From NCBI GenBank assembly GCA_013265495.1, contig MU061579.1:3159319-3223318 (forward strand): DNA of 64,000 nt. Reading direction: 5' to 3'. Shown here in pieces: positions 1 to 13,560 of this stretch (positions are counted from its first letter, which is position 1; each line of letters begins with the position of its first letter). Below the pieces are notes generated by a model, which saw only the letters and a list, made by a program, of their open reading frames with translations, searched no databases and was not told the DNA's origin. Both the position numbers and the translations under genes were made by a program. This DNA is from Vicugna vicugna (lineage: Eukaryota).

Positions 1-807
1 CAACAGACAGACCACGAGGCATGCATCATTTGGAGGCAGGAAGATTCAAGGGATAAAGAATCATTCTGCCAGTAAATGAATAGGTAAGAAAGTTCAAAAC
101 AGTTGCAGTTTTTTGAGTATCAGCTCATATTTTCAACTAACAGATTTTTTTTCCTGTATTCATTTTTGGAAAAATATTTAAGCAACAATTTTTTTTTACA
201 TCTTTGAAGATATCTATAAGGGTAATTATCTCATATGTTTGTAATCACTGAGTATCTATAAATACTACATAGATTTACTTTACTGGCAACTCAAAATTGT
301 TTCTATTGTCTAACCACTGATGTCATTGTCAGTATTTCAATTTGTCTCAAACTGTGGAGGTTGATATAGGTTAATCATACAAATAAAATCATCAAGGGAG
401 ACTAAGGTTTATACGTGAGTAAACCCTATCAAAACTCCTCCATTTGAAATAGTAGGGTACCAGCTGAGTTTTAAATAGTTATGTTGACTGTCATCATTAG
501 CTTTTGAAATATACAGTTTAGTTCTTCAATATGTTGCTTTTTTTGATGGATCAAAAACTCTAATTCACATCATGAAAATTATTCCATATTCTAAAATTCT
601 AAAATTGCAATAGTTCATACTTCTGTCAGGAGTTCTGGCTGAACTGAGGTAGAAAAAGGGCATATATAGAATTTAAGTCTATTGCTACTGATCCAAACCT
701 TCCTAAGAAGACTACACGATAAAAAATTAAGACAAAAGTATAGCAGAAAAACTTCAGCTATTAAATCAGTAGGAGTCCTGTAAGATAAATTTTGAAGTGG
801 AGGAAAA

Positions 808-890
808 TTTTTCTCCTTTCCTTCCACCCTCCCTCCGTCCCTTCTTTCCTTCTTCCTTCCTTCCTTCCATTCTTTTTCCCTTCTTCTGTT
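808..890. repeat. CT-rich (CCTT)n-like low-complexity tract
   Basis: Polypyrimidine run CCTTCC...CTTCCTTCCTTCCTTCC. Confidence 0.85.
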
Positions 891-1899
891 TCAAAGGAGC
901 ATATGGATCTACCTTAAGACAATGCCATTCCTGAAATATCATTGTCGTTCTGTGGATTAATGAACCAAGTTTCAGGGAATTAATTACATATTAATATTCA
1001 ACAGACCTGACCCACAAATAAAAGTGACTTCAGTTTACAATGGCTTACAATATTGGTTATATAAAGAGTTTCAGAATATCTTTGGCTTAATTCAAGCTTC
1101 ATTTTCTCTGTTACTTCTTCTTCTATTTACTTATTATGGTATTCCTATTATTACGGTAATATTATGTTATCAATCACAAAACTCTAAGGGCGTTAGCTTT
1201 CAGCAGAGCTAATATATGCTTCAATAAGGGCTAATAAAATAATAATGGCTAATATTTATTGAGCATTTACTTTATGCTAGACACTGTTATCAAGTATGTT
1301 CAATATAATATTTCTTTAACCACTTAAACCAAACTATTTAAAAGAAAAAGAAAAAAAATGAATGAAAGCAGAAGCAATAGCTGTGATATTAATGAAAGAA
1401 TACATGAATGGTTTAATTCATCAATTCAGAATTTTCCAAGATTATGTTTTCACTTGTCCTTAATCTTAGTATTGAGTACTGCACATTTCTATCCTTCTAA
1501 CTAAATGCTATGGATTAAAATTAAGTTCTACACTTTGATAGGAAAATGCTACCTCAGAATATTTAAACAGTCTTCTTTGGAAATTGGCTCCCTTTGTTTA
1601 ATGTCAGCATTTTGTGAGTTTCTGCTCCGTTTCAACAGTGACAAGACTTTTAGGAAGAAAATAGCCTCAAAGAAATAATAAGCTGTTGAATTCACACCCA
1701 TCAAGTCTGAGTCTGAGTTGGTCTCAATTTTTAAATGAGGAAAAAAAACTTCCTATGATATTTTAAAATTTATACATGCCAGGATTTGAAGACTTAATTG
1801 AAGTACTTTTTCAGATGGTTGTGCTGTTCAGTAGAGGGTAGAAGAATGTCGTATGGGGGTGGAGGTCATCAGAATTTGTTCCCTGGAGATGAATTACAA

Positions 1900-2700
1900 G
1901 TGTGTGGGCTCAGGTTAGAAAGACCTATGATCAAATTGAGGCTTCACAACCGATACACTTTGGAAGTTCAGGCAACATCCTCAAAGCTTCTACAACTATA
2001 ACTAAAATGGAAGTAATAATGTCTTCCTCAGAGTGGTTGGTAGGAAAGAACTTTGCATGTGTCTGTCCTGGATAAAAATCTGTGTCTTCTTTCCATCACC
2101 TGTACAACTTCAGCAAGTCATCGAAAATCTGCTAAAAAATAGGGACAGTAATAATGTATTTGAATGAAAGCAGGATTGTGAGCTATACTTATTTTGAGAA
2201 TTATTTTATTTTGCCAAACCATACAGAGAAGTTATAGCAACTCAAGTGTCCACCCCAACTTCATAGGTTTGAATGGGGGCCTGGCCACTTGTAGCTTCAG
2301 AATCGTGACCTGTGATTTTGATAACCAGATTTCAGAGAAAAGAAACTCTACTAAAAACTCCTAGGACAAAATGTGATTTTATTTACTCCCTGCTTTATAA
2401 TATTTCATGTGTTGAGATTTGTAAAATTTTAGAGACCAAGAAAGCTCTGTTGCCATGGAGACATTCTTAGAATCATTGCATGGTTTCATACGTGTTTTAC
2501 ATCAGGTGTATCGACAATCTGGAATAAAAATCTAGTACCAATTTCATAATCTTATCTGTTCATTCAGGATCTCATTCTTTTCACCTACAAAACGGAGGCT
2601 AATAATGAGATATTATATAATATCCTGAGTGGAGTTATTCCTTGAAAAGCCTTTAACACAGACTTCTGTAGACAGTAGGTAATAAATGATTGTTCTAGTT
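1900..2700 (+). mobile_element. Cluster of decayed MIR fragments (about 1900-2050, 2070-2180, 2510-2700)
   Basis: Core motifs CTAAAATGGAAGTAATAATG, TAAAAAATAGGGACAGTAATAATG, CACCTACAAAACGGAGGCTAATAATG. Confidence 0.55.
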
Positions 2701-2819
2701 ATTTGAGATAAGTGCTAGCCTTGTTATTTAGTAAACATGGAATAATTTTTGAGACACAGACCTGAAATAGCCATCATATAAAAGAATGTAGAAAGAAATA
2801 TTTCCTCACATCAAACTTT

Positions 2820-3443
2820 TTTGACCACTTTCTTGAGATATGTTTAAGGTTTGCAACTTAATGTTTTTTACATACATGGATGCATTGTGCCAGAATCACT
2901 ATGATCAAACTAAATAACTTATGCATCACCACTAAATAGTTTCCCTTGTGTGTGTGCATATGTGGTGAGAAGATTTAACACGTATCTTCTTAGAAAATGT
3001 CAAGTATGCAACACAGTGTTGCTCACCATCAGTACCATGCTGTACATCAGAACTTCAGCACTTATTCGTTTTGTATAACTAAACTTTTGTGCTCTTTAAC
3101 CAACATTTCCCCATTTCCCACATCCCGTGGGTCCTGGCAACCATCATTCCACTATGCTTTTATGAGTCTGACTTTTTAAGATTTCACGTATAAGTGAGAT
3201 CACGCAGTATTTGTCCTTCAGTGTTGGCTTATTTCACTGAGCATAATGTCCTCTAGATTCATCCATGTTGTAGCAAGTGGCAGAGTTTTCTTCTTTTTAA
3301 AGGCTGAATAATATTTGATCATATATATATGTACACATATGCCATCGTATATATGTATGTATGTCCTACTTACACTATCCATTCGCACCTGTCAACACAC
3401 ATTTAGGTTATTTTTGCATTTGGCAATTGTGAATAATGCTGCA
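2820..3443 (-). mobile_element. L1 (L1MA-like) 3' UTR/ORF2 end, non-inverted part of a 5'-inverted insertion
   Basis: Typical antisense L1MA text: TAAGTGAGATCACGCAGTATTTGTC, GGCTTATTTCACTGAGCATAATGTCCTCTAGATTCATCCATGTTG, GCAATTGTGAATAATGCTGCA. Confidence 0.9.
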
Positions 3444-3771
3444 AATAGATATTTCTCAAAATACAACACAAAAATGGCCAGTAGGTACCTTAAGGGGTGC
3501 TCAGCATCACTGATCATTAGGGAAAAGCAAATCTAAACCACAATGGATATTATCTCACACCTCATAGAATGGCTATTATCAAAAAGACAAAATATAAGTG
3601 TGGGTGAGGATATGGAGAAAAGGGAACACTTGTACACTGCTGGGAATGTCAATTGGTACAACCATTATGGAAAAGAGTGTGGAGATTCCTCAAGAAATTG
3701 AAAATAGAGCTGCCATATTGTCTAGCAGCCCCATGTCTGGATATACAGCCAAAGGAAATAAAATCAGCATC
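3444..3771 (+). mobile_element. L1 ORF2 C-terminal fragment, inverted relative to 2820-3443
   Basis: Sense ORF2-end text GTGCTCAGCATCACTGATCATTAGGGAAAAGCAAATCTAAACCACAATG (CSASLIIREKQI) and GAGGATATGGAGAAAAGGGAACACTTGTACACTGCTGG. Confidence 0.9.
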
Positions 3772-6700
3772 ATATTTTCCAAAAGTTGAAACCTCAACAT
3801 TCCTGTAGATCATGTATTACAACCAGGGTTCCTTGTTCTAAATGTGTATCTATCTTTACTAAAAAGGCAGACAACTTTAGAATTATACAGAGTCAGATAT
3901 CAGAAATGCACAGAAGTCAGTGATGTCTAAGTAGCAGGACAACAGCAGGTCACCATGCAGCCACAGCTGATGCCATTGGCCACTGATGACCCTGCCAGAA
4001 CCTCAGCACCTCTGACACCATTGTGGACAATTAATAATTTCTCTGCAGAGTGAATGATTTTTCAAATACCCTATGATTGTTATTTCCTTTCATTTCAAAA
4101 AAAAAAAGTCCTGGGCTAAGAAACTGGTCATCTAGATTCACGGGCCAAGAAGGTGAATCTGGAATCTAAAGTTTCCATAATTGGAATATAGGTCCTCCTT
4201 CCTACCAGTTCATAAAATGGTAGATTACCTCAAAATACGAAATGGGTGTTAATGTTAAAAAGTAAAAATTTTATATGCCTTGAGCATATTAATTTATCCA
4301 AGTCAAAAAATACCCAACCTCCATAATATTTTAGACCCTGGTAAAATTGCCAAGAAGAAAACACACCTCTCTGACCTTATAGAGCTTGTATGCTAGGGTA
4401 GATCTGACAGCTATTGCATAAGTAAGCTAATCACATATAATCATGCTGGTAGTAACAAGGGCATTGATGTATATAGGCCAGAAAAAAAGATGGTAAAGAG
4501 AGTTAGACTAGCTAACACCCAAAATAATATAATCAGGAGTGAAATACAAAAATATTACACAAGGTTTGCACTGACTTGAACTCTCACTGAAACATGTTCA
4601 TGAATTACATCTTCCTAGATTTCATACGATCATTTCACTTTCTAATTTGTATTGCCTGGAAAAAAGATAAAAAATTTTAGACCTCTTGACATCATTTTAA
4701 AGTTATTATTATGCCAGACCAAGCTTTCATTGTTCATTAGAGTAAATATAAGACAAGATAGAAAGTATTAGTTGGATATTAATCTTTGTAAGGATAAGGT
4801 TCTTTACTAATTCAGTGATCTATTCTGGAGCTCAGTGGTGTAGAGACTTTATAAATTAATTTGAAAGTCAAATTATAAGTTTTTATATGCCATGGACTAT
4901 AAGAGTCCTTTACAAGATGTTAACTTGTAACAGCGACTGTTAAACACAGGGATGTTTAGAGTCAACCACTCAAATTCAGCCTCCACTGGAGGTCAGAGTA
5001 GCATTCATCCCCAGCTGGTTGAATGAAATCCATTGGTTCCTCCCCAATGGGACAAAGGTATTTTGTTTGCTTGTTTAGCTGATTGGTTGGCTGGTTGGTT
5101 ATTTTGCTTCTTCTATAAAATTAGAGGAGGTTATTAGGTTAGTTACTTTCCTATTACTAGTTATTTCTGTTTATTATACACATAGTGTATTCTCACAATG
5201 TCAGCTTGGCGCCACGAAAATAAATGTCACATGGTCAATCAGTGTCTCAGTTTCAGGGCTTCATTACTATAGGAATGGAATCTTAAAATGTCCTTAGTCT
5301 TATGAAAATAATAAAACGCCCACTTTTCTTCAGCTATTTCTGTGTTCACACTACTTGAGATCTTAATCATTAGCCAAAGAGAGGTAATCTCAATTTCACA
5401 TCCAAAACCAGTGATGTCTCCTTCTGAGTTAACAAATAAAAGACAGTCAACCTAACAGAAACCACAGAAGCTAATTTTTCACAGTGCTTTCATGGAAATC
5501 AAACGATGTGTGAAGTGATTTGTTATGACACTGACTGGCCCTTCTTGCCCATTAAGTATTTTTTATTTTCAATTTTTTTTTTTGGTAGGTGAAACAATTC
5601 TTATCCCTTTATTACCTCACTTAGTTTGGGGAAGACAATATTTTCTCCCACTTATTGACAAGCTTGATTTATTTTCTCTGAGGGAGTTCATAGAACGAGA
5701 GTGCATCTTTCAGTAGGACATCGGTAAAGTCATGAGCACTCTGAAAAATACCGCACTCCTCTGCCTATCTCTATCTTAACTTTGTCTTAGTTTATCTTCT
5801 GGTTATCCTTCTGAATCTACTCTCTTTTGATGTCTTCCTTTATAGAGATTTTATTTCAGAACCCAATGCATACCTTTGGCTGTCCGAACTCATAAACCAT
5901 CCCATTTACTTGTTTACTATTTAGACTATTATCTCTCAGTTCTTAATTATGCCTTTCTGGGGGAGGCTGTCCATCAGCATATAGACAAAAGCCCAGCCTG
6001 GCACAATTCAGCAACCACTCACGGCTCCGCAGATCCCAGTTCAGGTGAGAGGTGTGGTTTTTTTCCTTTCCCCAAAAGAATATATATATAATTAAAATCA
6101 TTCTAGTTTTTAAGCATTTTATTCTATTCCTCATATATGAAAGATATATAGCAAGAAAGGAAAATTTTTTTTGCATTGCAAACATATTTTTGCATTATAG
6201 TTTTGTATACATATCTAAAATGGTATAAGAAAGAAAAAAATTGCCGAAATTTCTGTATCTTTCTTCCATTTCCCCTGGGCTTCCGAACACCTCTTTCCAA
6301 CTAACTCATGGAAGTCTCCTCAGACTATATTCCTCCTATCAGGATTTTTATCTAGTAATAAACACCAGAAGAAAGTAAAAACATCCAGACCATACACTGG
6401 AAATACGTGTTCACTAAGCCTGTAATTCTACGGTGTAATGATTGCAGTCAAGAGTTCTGCAAGGGTCAGGAGACAGCAGTGTTAAGTAAAACCCGTGTAG
6501 CTTTGATCCTCATCAGAGGAGGACCACTTCAGTTAGAAGACTGCCACTGAATCAACAGCTCATTTCTTAAATCAATTGGACTAGGATGTTTTACAATACA
6601 GAGCTTCTCACATATTTATTATTTTGTAATTTAGTCACACGACCTCCTTTGACCTGCAGTACTCAATTCATCCCTTCTTTCTCAAATTTACTTCAACTTA

Positions 6701-7649
6701 CATGAGACAGTGTTACACTGGAGATGGATAACATCATATTGAAATATTTTAAAAACTACATTGAGTTGATCCTGTGGGTCCAGAAATAATTTCTAGGTTA
6801 GAATTTAAAATTGATACTATTTTATGGAATGCATATAAATTTAATGTAGAAAAGTTTATCTTCTGCCAATTTCCCAAATGCAGCAGGAATTTAAGCTGAA
6901 CATAGGGCATCATTTGCACATTAATTCTGCATTGGTGGGAACTTGGGAACTGTCATCCTGGATCAGACTTAGGGTGAATTAAGGGATGGATTCTCTTTAT
7001 ATAATTGAGCTGTTCCTTCGGCAAGTATTTCTTGGCACTTGCAAAAATCCAGGGTCTGTTTGAAGCAATAAGAAAAGAGCAGTGAACAAGGTAAAGAGTA
7101 CTTGAATTCATGGAATTATGCCCAATTCCAATATTGAAATTAAATATGCAAGAGTTTATTTTCATACTGAGTTACTACTGTCATTCACACACACAAACAC
7201 ACACAGATATGTATAAACATACATAACTGTGTATCATTAAATAATTATATAGTAATCTCATAGGAAATGGTGGTTATTATTATAATAATTGTTAGCTTAA
7301 AGTAGTAAGTGCTATAAATTAATTATTCATCGTATGGGTGAGTTCTTGAATTGGTTTTAAACTTGCATTATTGAAGTTATACCAATTGTCCTACTCTTAC
7401 AGTATAATTATTTGGTGAGCCTGTATCAATACACACAGTATTCATACCAAGTATGATTTCATAACTGTGTTTAAGATTTCCTGAAAGATACCAAAGTGTC
7501 TCACGATTCAGCTAATATCCCTTTACAACGTTTGCTTTGCAAACTGAACACACCTTTGATAATCGGAGTTAAGCAACACATTAAGCTAATATTGTAATAG
7601 GAAACTCTTCCATGTTGCCATATAACTTGCCTAAATTGTAGCCTATATA

Positions 7650-7807
7650 TTCGCCCCTCTGGCCCTCCATGTCTGCTCATTCCAGCTCCAGGATGTGGAG
7701 AGCTGACTGTATTCATTGCACTACATCATTGTATATGAGGTTCTTAAGCATCTGAAATCCGCAGAGGGTCCTGGGACCATTCCTCTGCGTATACCAGGAG
7801 ATGACTG
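7650..7807. mobile_element. MER2-family (Tigger) fragment
   Basis: GGCCCTCCATGTCTG...GAGGGTCCTGGGACCATTCCTCTGCGTATACCAGGAGATGACTG matches the MER2-type right end. Confidence 0.65.
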
Positions 7808-7929
7808 GCTGTGAAAGCTTCATTTTATACCCATAGGCTGTTATAAAGGACTACATCTAAGTTACGGGTATAGATGCTCTTTCCACAGTTTTCTGATAAT
7901 TCAATATGTCTTATTTCTCAAGGCAACAT

Positions 7930-8420
7930 AAGCTTTCATTTCTCCACGCCTCTGCCCATGGTACTTCCTCTGCCTAAAATGCTTTTTTACCTTTTGCTCA
8001 ATTTTCCTCGTCCAAGATTCAACTCAGTGGTTCTCTCTTCCAGACAATAGGTACTGATTTTTGCTTTCTATATCCCAGTCTCTGTGCAAAATACATTACA
8101 CTTTCACCATTTTATTTTATAATAAATTCTATTATCCCAGGTATAGAGATGAGACGTAGGGGCTCATAGGATTTTTTTAACTTCTCCAGAGGCAAACAAG
8201 TGGTTCAGCTTGGAATTGACACCAGGCCATCTGGCTACAAAGTGTGCTTACTCTCCTGCTCACAAATTTAATTTCCATTTTTGAATATGTTTATGTGTTC
8301 ATATCCTTTCACTAAACAATAAGTTTCTGGAGGGTCAGAACTATTCAATTTTTTCATCATGCCTATCAGTTGACCTTTCATAACTGTTAACAGACACAGA
8401 AATAAATGGATACATTAATG
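7930..8420 (+). mobile_element. L2 3' portion with an inserted antisense MIR (about 8110-8270)
   Basis: CCTCTGCCCATGGTACTTCCTCTGCCTAAAATGC (L2); ATTATCCCAG...AGATGAGACGTAGGGGCTCA...ACCAGGCCATCTGGCTACAAAG (MIR). Confidence 0.6.
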
Positions 8421-9069
8421 ACTAAAATTGTATTGCATTCCATGCAGTACATATTATTTTAAACAATTTTTCCACTAAAAACATATTACTTACGTGAAGT
8501 TACAATTGATCCTCTTAGTGCTTCACTTTTCCCTTTGTAAAATCCCTGGATGGCCCTTAGTGTAAGTTTAATTCATTCCTTTCCAATGTTTAAAAGCAAC
8601 TCTTATTATGAAGCAAACCTTATCATTTCCTTTGTTGCTGTTCATATGTAGTTACTTCACTGTTTGGTCCTTGCCATTTCCCTTTATTAAAATTGGATTC
8701 AATTCAACATAATCCAAAAACTATTTGCTGATCACAGGCTCTCTTTTTTTCCCTCTTCTTTATCTAATTCTATAGTAGATTTCCATATAGCAGCACAAAA
8801 TTAATTTGACTTAAAAAAAGCAGTGATGTTGCACCCATTCTAGAGGCTCTGTCTACATTATGGCATCTAAATATTAGATTTTTCTTTCTCTCATACGGTC
8901 TTCTTTTTCTTTTTCTCCGTCTCTTTCTCTTTGTTTCTTCCCTCCCCTTCCCCTCCCCCAACCCGTCCTCTGCTTTTTAAGCCTCTTCTCACTGTTACTC
9001 ACTTTGAGGTTTATACTGTTATAGGTGAGCACGTTTCCTCTCTTGCACTGACAGTCTGAGGTCACACTT

Positions 9070-9430
9070 GTGGTCTAAATCCAGAATTTGTCCTGGATTT
9101 TTCCTTTATTATGGGAGTGTCATTATAAAGAGTTGCATTAAAATTAGCCCTGATGGATTTGCAGATTTTCAGTTTGTAGTTCTAGTTTCTGCCGTTGTCA
9201 CCTGCAGCAAAGTAGGAAAAACTTATGCAGTCAACAGGGTTCTCACTTACCAAGAGAATCATACATATTTCTCAAGCTCTGTCTTTATAGAAGTATCTTT
9301 TCTCCGGTACTTTGTTTTGCAAATTCCAGCTACTTCTGTCTCCCTGAATCCTAGTCTCTTCTCTGTTCAGCAAGATCATTTTTTTGCTTTACTTTTCTTT
9401 CCCTGCACACCAGCCCAGAAAGTGCACTTA
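9070..9430 (-). mobile_element. Old L1M 5'-region fragment
   Basis: GCAAATTCCAGCTACTTCTGTCTCCCTGAATCCTAGTCTC...CAGCAAGA...CCCTGCACACCAGCCCAGAAAGTGC resembles the antisense L1M4/L1MC 5' end. Confidence 0.5.
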
Positions 9431-10089
9431 TACAATAAATCATGATAATTCTCATGCTTACTACATTTATGTTTTATATGTTTGTTAAACTTATCTAGTT
9501 GTTAGGTATCTACAGTGAGCAGGCTCCTTCAATATAAGTTGCTCCCTTATGAATGCAAGTAGATGGTTTATATTAACTTAAAAAAATTTAAATATAAACT
9601 TTCAAAAATCAAGAAAATTATATTGATCATACACTAAGTGAAATGACCTTACACAGTTTTGTTTGTGGTATCAGAAAAACAACACAAAATGTGTCTATAT
9701 ATCCCAGTGTTTGACCACAAATAGGTGGCAATTTATGTGAAGACAAACACACAGTCATCTGAAAATACAAATATAATTCAGGAGTAAAAACTTTTAACTG
9801 AGTAGAAGTGTGGATCACCATATTACAGTGATTAAGAGAAAAATTCAAGCAGGAGATAGTATGGTTCTGAATCCAAGGATAGAGATGATTTCTGAGGTAT
9901 AGAGAAATAAGAGAAGGGTTTCAATGGTAAATATTTTTCTGTAGTATGTATGGAAAACACAGGCATGAAGGACAGATAGAACAGTCTGAATCAGGTGAAA
10001 CACTTCAGCAGAAAATTAGCTGGTAGGACACCAGCTGGATGATCTTTGTCACTGAATATAGTTTGAAGCATGAAATTGGTATATATGCG

Positions 10090-10700
10090 TAATGCAACAG
10101 TGAGATAAAAATGTTAATCAGCACCTTCAATTAGTTTCAGTGAAGTGTATAAGAGGGAAAAAACAACAAAACTAAATGTACTGAGATACGGAGTGGTACT
10201 GAATTGAATCCGTAACTGCTTCTACAAGGATGTGAAGAGAAATCCATCTCTAACTTGAGAACTGAAGGATGAGTATCACTTAGTGAGTTGATGGTTGAGG
10301 GAGAGAAGGGAGATGGTTGAGGGTTGCGCCCAGCAGAGTGAACTGTATGTACGAAGACTGAAGAGCAGGGAAATAAAAGCACAGTTAGGTGTAGAACTGC
10401 AAGTGTGACAGCGATATAAAGTCCAAAAGACAATATGGAGTTAGAATCAGCAAGGCGCCAAGTTGCCGGACACTTTATAGAGGCCAAAATACATTTTGTT
10501 TGTGTTGTTATCGTTTTCAGCTGCTTTGTTTTCTTTTTTGTTTGTTTTGTTTGACGGCCTTGTTCTGTTTCACAGTAAGATGAACACATCAGTAGGGGTA
10601 TAGAGTGCCGCTTAGAAAGGAGGTGAGGATTTTACTTGACTGGTTGGGTGCGATGCTCTGAATTAGAGTGAAGCAAGTGTGACCAGGAGGAAAGTGATGG
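10090..10700 (-). mobile_element. L2 fragment
   Basis: Purine-rich antisense L2 text (ACTTGAGAACTGAAGGATGAGTA...CCAGCAGAGTGAACTGTATGTACGAAGACTGA). Confidence 0.6.
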
Positions 10701-11711
10701 ATAAACGTCACTATGAAGGGTTCATCAAGAGAATATATTTACAAAAAGCTTTTTATCCTCTTTATTAGGATATGGAAATGAATTTTGCTTTTATTTATTG
10801 ATGTATGCATTTGCTTCTTTACTTATTTGTAACTTGCTTTGCATCAAAGAGTGTTTCATATAGAGAGAATCTAATGTTACAGGTTTATCAGACAAGGGGT
10901 AAAGTTAGTGAAAGAGAGAGCTTTATGAAAAAAGTAATTTTGAACTTAAATGACTATTATGTTTAACAGAAATAGAAAAGTCAAAATGGGAAGAAGAGGT
11001 TGGTTAAGATGTGCCGTAGTTAGAGGATAGCAAACAACCCCAGTGAAAATTCGGCATTTGGAAACAATAATTAAGGCAGCGATGCATACTTTAATGCCCT
11101 AATTGTGCACATATAGGTATATATTTAATATAATATGTCTTACATTTAATATGTAATGTACATATAGAAGTAAATTTGAAGCTGTAAAAATGGTTTAGTC
11201 TCTCAAACTATTTAGAGTAAGGAAAACTAGCTAAAGACTGAATCTCGGTGAATATAAACATTCATAATTTAAAAATTAAAAAAAATTTTCCCAAAGCTCT
11301 GAGGTGTTTTTTTTCCCCCACAGTATTTATTTCCTTTTGAGCAAAACTTTCAAATGCTTGGTTTGAAAAATCATAAGAGATCAATTCAGAGCAATTTTGT
11401 AACCTTGGATTTCATTCCAAGGCACCAGTGTGATTCCCTGCACAGCCCAAAGCTCTGGGTTTTTATCAAAGATAAGAATTACAATGCTTTTTTGTTCATA
11501 TTTTATTTTTTACTGTTCATTTCATCCCTGGAAGGTTAAAACATATTCACAACTTTCAATAATCATATATCTTTCATAGAAATACAACTTTTATCAAAAC
11601 AGTAGGGAATTTCTACATTTCAAGTAAAATATTTTCTATCTTTCAGAATCATGTATTTTTTAAAAAATAATGTAATTTAAAGAAACTACAAAAGACCACT
11701 TCCTTTATCTC

Positions 11712-11736
11712 GTGTGTGTGTGTGTGTGTGTGTGTG
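11712..11736. repeat. (GT)n microsatellite
   Basis: About 12 perfect GT units. Confidence 0.95.
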
Positions 11737-13079
11737 GCTTATAAACTCGTTTCTTCTAACCACAAATATTAAATTCGGCTGCCCTATGCTTTGGCTGGCT
11801 TATGCTGCTAGGTTGCTCGAATATAAATCTGAATTATGGATGATATTGAGAATACAATTGTACTTAAAAAACTCAAAGTTGAGAAATGTAAGATACCGTA
11901 ATGTTTACTTTAAAGAGCTGGTCAGAATGGATTGTTATATATAATTAAAACAATTCTATACTAAGGTTTTCTATTTCTGAAATGTAAACACTTTTAGGTA
12001 CTTGACAGCTCATAGTAAAGAGGTATAATGTCCCTTCCATTTGTGTTCTCCGGTAACTTAGGGCTCCCACCAAGAGATGCTACTTCTCCAACTGCACACA
12101 TTACCAGGTGGAAAATTGCTTTATGGACTCCAACCTACAGACAAGTTTACAGAAGTAAGTTATCAATTTGTACCAGTTGACGATGAACAGAATATCAAAT
12201 TCGGCTAAGGTTGGGGAAACAGGGTGAGCATAAATCTTTGAGTAGAACCGTGTTCCACCCTGATTCTGATTGTTCTCCAGTGTGCTGCAGGTTAGAGGGG
12301 ATTTCCAGACCTCCGTTCGGTAATGCCTATCCATTTCTTTCTAACAGTGATGTCCATTGGTAGGATTGGTTTCCCTGTTTGCTGGACATCTCATTTTTCA
12401 ACTGCTGTTTACCCTGAAGAGTTGCTCAGCACTATTTTGTTGGAGTTCTATTGAGCTGTCTCTTGTAAATTGCATCCGGAAAACTCGGCCCATTTTATAC
12501 CACAATGCATCATACTCCGGAAACTGCCTAGCAAATAATCCCGTTCTTCTTTTTCTTTTTTTTTCCCTAAATGGCAAATGGGATCACTATTTCCTGACTC
12601 AGAATTAAACTCACATTTCCTAATTTGAGACACCTAATTTGAGAATTTCCCATTCTCTCCTTGAACCCATCTTCATTTTTTCTTCTAACGAAGATTCACT
12701 GATAGCCTTGCATCTGTCAAGAATGGTATCAGGCCCTTGAAGAAACTGCAGTAAAGAAGAAAGAGATGATAATACTTGTCCTGAAGGAGTCTGGATTCTA
12801 TTAAGGAAGACAAATACTAAATAGGGCAAACTTAGAGTTTATGTTCTGCCAGAGAAAAACCCATTTATGTGATTTATTATTTAAATATAAGCTTCATACT
12901 GAGAACTATGAGAATTCATGTCAGAAGTATTTATTTGCTTTACTCTAGGGCCAGGTTTTTGTCATATATGGTGAGTATGTAACAGGTCAAAAAAGTGTGT
13001 TTTATTTTGCTTTATTTAAAAATTCTTTATTGATTTAATATTTAAAGGCTGAGTAGTGTTTAATTTCACAAATATGAGC

Positions 13080-13560
13080 CATCAGAGGTGGATAGAAAGG
13101 GACAGAAGACAGATGACAAAGCAAGACCAAGCATTCTGAAAAAGGAAGGAGCATGTGAGAAATGTAAGCTCCAGTGTGTAGATTCCGCTAGGGAGAGGGG
13201 GTGAGAAATAAGGATGGTGATGTGGGCTAAGGTCAAACCCTGCAAGAACTTACAGGTAGGCTGGAAACATGTATTTATTGCTGCAATTAGAGTTAAAGGA
13301 GGAGTTTTAAGAGTTAAAGGAGGAGCTATTAATAATTAAACCAAGACCATACACAAAATTGTGTAGAGAAGTATTTGGATTATTATCTTAAGAGCAACGA
13401 GGGGCTTTGAAGGTTTTTATTAGGGGAGAGCTTTAGGATAATCTGTAGGTCAGAAGAGAAAGGGTTTGAGAGAGGCACGAATACATAGTGGAGATTGGCT
13501 GGACACAGCTTCAGTGTTCTAGATGAGACAGGGTGATGCGAATGCTTAAAAAGCCAGCAG
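13080..13560 (-). mobile_element. L2 fragment
   Basis: Antisense L2-like text (TTTGGATTATTATCTTAAGAGCAACGAGGGGCTTTGAAGGTTTT...CTAGATGAGACAGGGTGATG). Confidence 0.55.

Noticed and set aside
3315..3789. ORFs of 73 aa and 63 aa
   Set aside because: Decayed L1 ORF2 remnants spanning the inversion junction.
10137..10589. Longest ORF in the track (150 aa)
   Set aside because: Within an L2 remnant and a low-complexity T-rich tract; no protein similarity recognised.
12290..12530. Coding exon on either strand
   Set aside because: No recognisable peptide in the frames examined and splice signals are weak; kept only as a possible regulatory block.
13289..13325. Tandem duplication AGAGTTAAAGGAGGAG x2 (similar small duplications near 31880 and 56705)
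   Set aside because: Ordinary slippage duplications inside old repeats; no array or spacer structure.
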